DNA from: Octopus vulgaris
Taxonomy: Eukaryota
Assembly (NCBI GenBank): GCA_951406725.2
Contig: OX597819.1
Location: 38,502,001-38,566,000, forward strand
Direction: 5' to 3'
DNA: 64,000 bases
The notes under the pieces: model-generated
Seen by the model: the letters and a program-made list of their open reading frames with translations, nothing else
Database searches by the model: none
Told to the model about the DNA's origin: nothing
Shown here: positions 62,571 to 64,000 of the stretch, piece after piece
Position numbering within the stretch: position 1 is the first letter of the stretch
How the letters are laid out: every line of letters begins with the position of its first letter
Translations under genes and position numbers: made by a program

Positions 62571-64000
62571 CTGTTGGTTTGAACAGTGAATTTTCAAATA
62601 TGAAAAAATATCAAAATCATATTGTTCATTTTTAAATAGCTAAAATGATTAATCAGATATTGCTGTTATATTTGGATATTTCATTTTTATTATTTTATTT
62701 ATTTTTAAAAATGTAAATCCCTTCCAATGTCTCAAACATTTTTTACTAATCATAATTTTGATGCTGTCTCAGATTATACTTTGTAACTTTGATAGCAAAT
62801 ATTGTTGCTAAGAATCAGAAATTTCAAATGTTAGGTTTGTTTTCGCTACTTTCTCTTATTTATATATTTAATTTTTGAAAGTTTTCCACCTAAGCCACTT
62901 ATTTACCATACGTTAGTAGTATATTCTTTTAAGGCATTAGCTACTAATAAAAGTATGATATAACTCTAATCATTATAGTATGTTAATTAACAGGAATTCT
63001 GAGCATATCATTGATATAAACTATTTTATGGTTTTTATATTTCATGGCATTAATTATCCAAAATAATAAGTAGAAGAAAATATCTTTTGAAGTAACTTTT
63101 AAAAAGTGTTTCATGTAATTTCATATGAAGTATGTAAACTACATCATTAATTAGGGTGGATGCTGTGATTATATTTCATCAGCAGAAGCATTTGTTTAGT
63201 CCAATGTAGTATGCTTATATTGTGAGGACAGAGCCACAAAATATAAAGTAATGGTGATTATAGAATTCATAACAAATATTAGATCCTTGGAGGTCTTTCA
63301 TCTCTGTGATAAAGCATAACATTATGATTTTCTTCATTTGTTCTAAGAATTATGCTAATTATCACTTCTGTTGAAAAATTATTTGATCAGCAATGGAAAT
63401 TAGTTTCATATTTTACTATTGATTCTATGCAGTAAACACACAGACTAGGCTGTTGATGCTGCAATCTATATTTTAGTTCAGTGTTCATAATCAGCAGAAA
63501 AATAAAGCTGACATGCTTCAAGGGAAGAAACATTTGGTGAATAGAGCTTGATTAGTTTTTTTTTCCATTTAAGATAATGTTCAAGAAAGATAACTCAATG
63601 TAATCCAACTGCCAAAAAAAAAAATCAAGGAATAGCTATTTTTCCTGATATTGTTTAGAATCAACAGCCCCACTGATGTCACATAGTGCTTCCTGGGATT
63701 TGATGAGTGGCAGTGAAGGTGGGTAAAGTATGATCTCCCCTTTGTAGTCACAATGAAATATGATTTTCCATCTTTAAATTTTGTTTGCAAATTTAGAATT
63801 TTTAAAAATATTGATTATATTCTGCTGAGGAAAATTCAAATTTCTGAAAGACATTGGCTTTAAGTTTGTTATATCAGCTTCATTATAATAAGATTTTTAA
63901 AAAGTGTTTATATTTTAAATTTTGAGGCCATATATTGCTATTGCAAAGCTAAATTAAATGTGATAGATATTTGAAAGCAGCTTAACATTTGAACTTTCCT

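Overview
AT-rich, repeat-dense animal DNA. The SINE/LINE families look like those of an octopus-type coleoid cephalopod (inference from recognised repeats). The only host gene found is a + strand mitochondrial citrate/tricarboxylate carrier (SLC25A1): six phase-consistent coding exons from 23479 to the stop at 60246, about 280 codons. Its first coding exon (about 30 aa) was not found. Introns and upstream DNA are filled with RTE-type LINE pieces, tRNA-derived SINEs, Tc1/mariner/pogo-derived MITEs, foldback elements and one Penelope-like element (RT + GIY-YIG, 14-bp target-site duplication, decayed hammerhead). The main find is a young, CpG-rich tandem array of about 4.4 x 360 bp (48120-49786), lying sense inside an SLC25A1 intron. 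Every full unit carries a type I hammerhead ribozyme fold with a non-canonical core (CCGACGA, U-U at the base of stem II, palindromic stem III ACCAUGGU, GUC cleavage site) at the tip of a roughly 130-nt rod. This is a candidate retrozyme predicted to release 360-nt circularisable RNAs from the host pre-mRNA. Ribozyme activity and expression are predictions, not observations.
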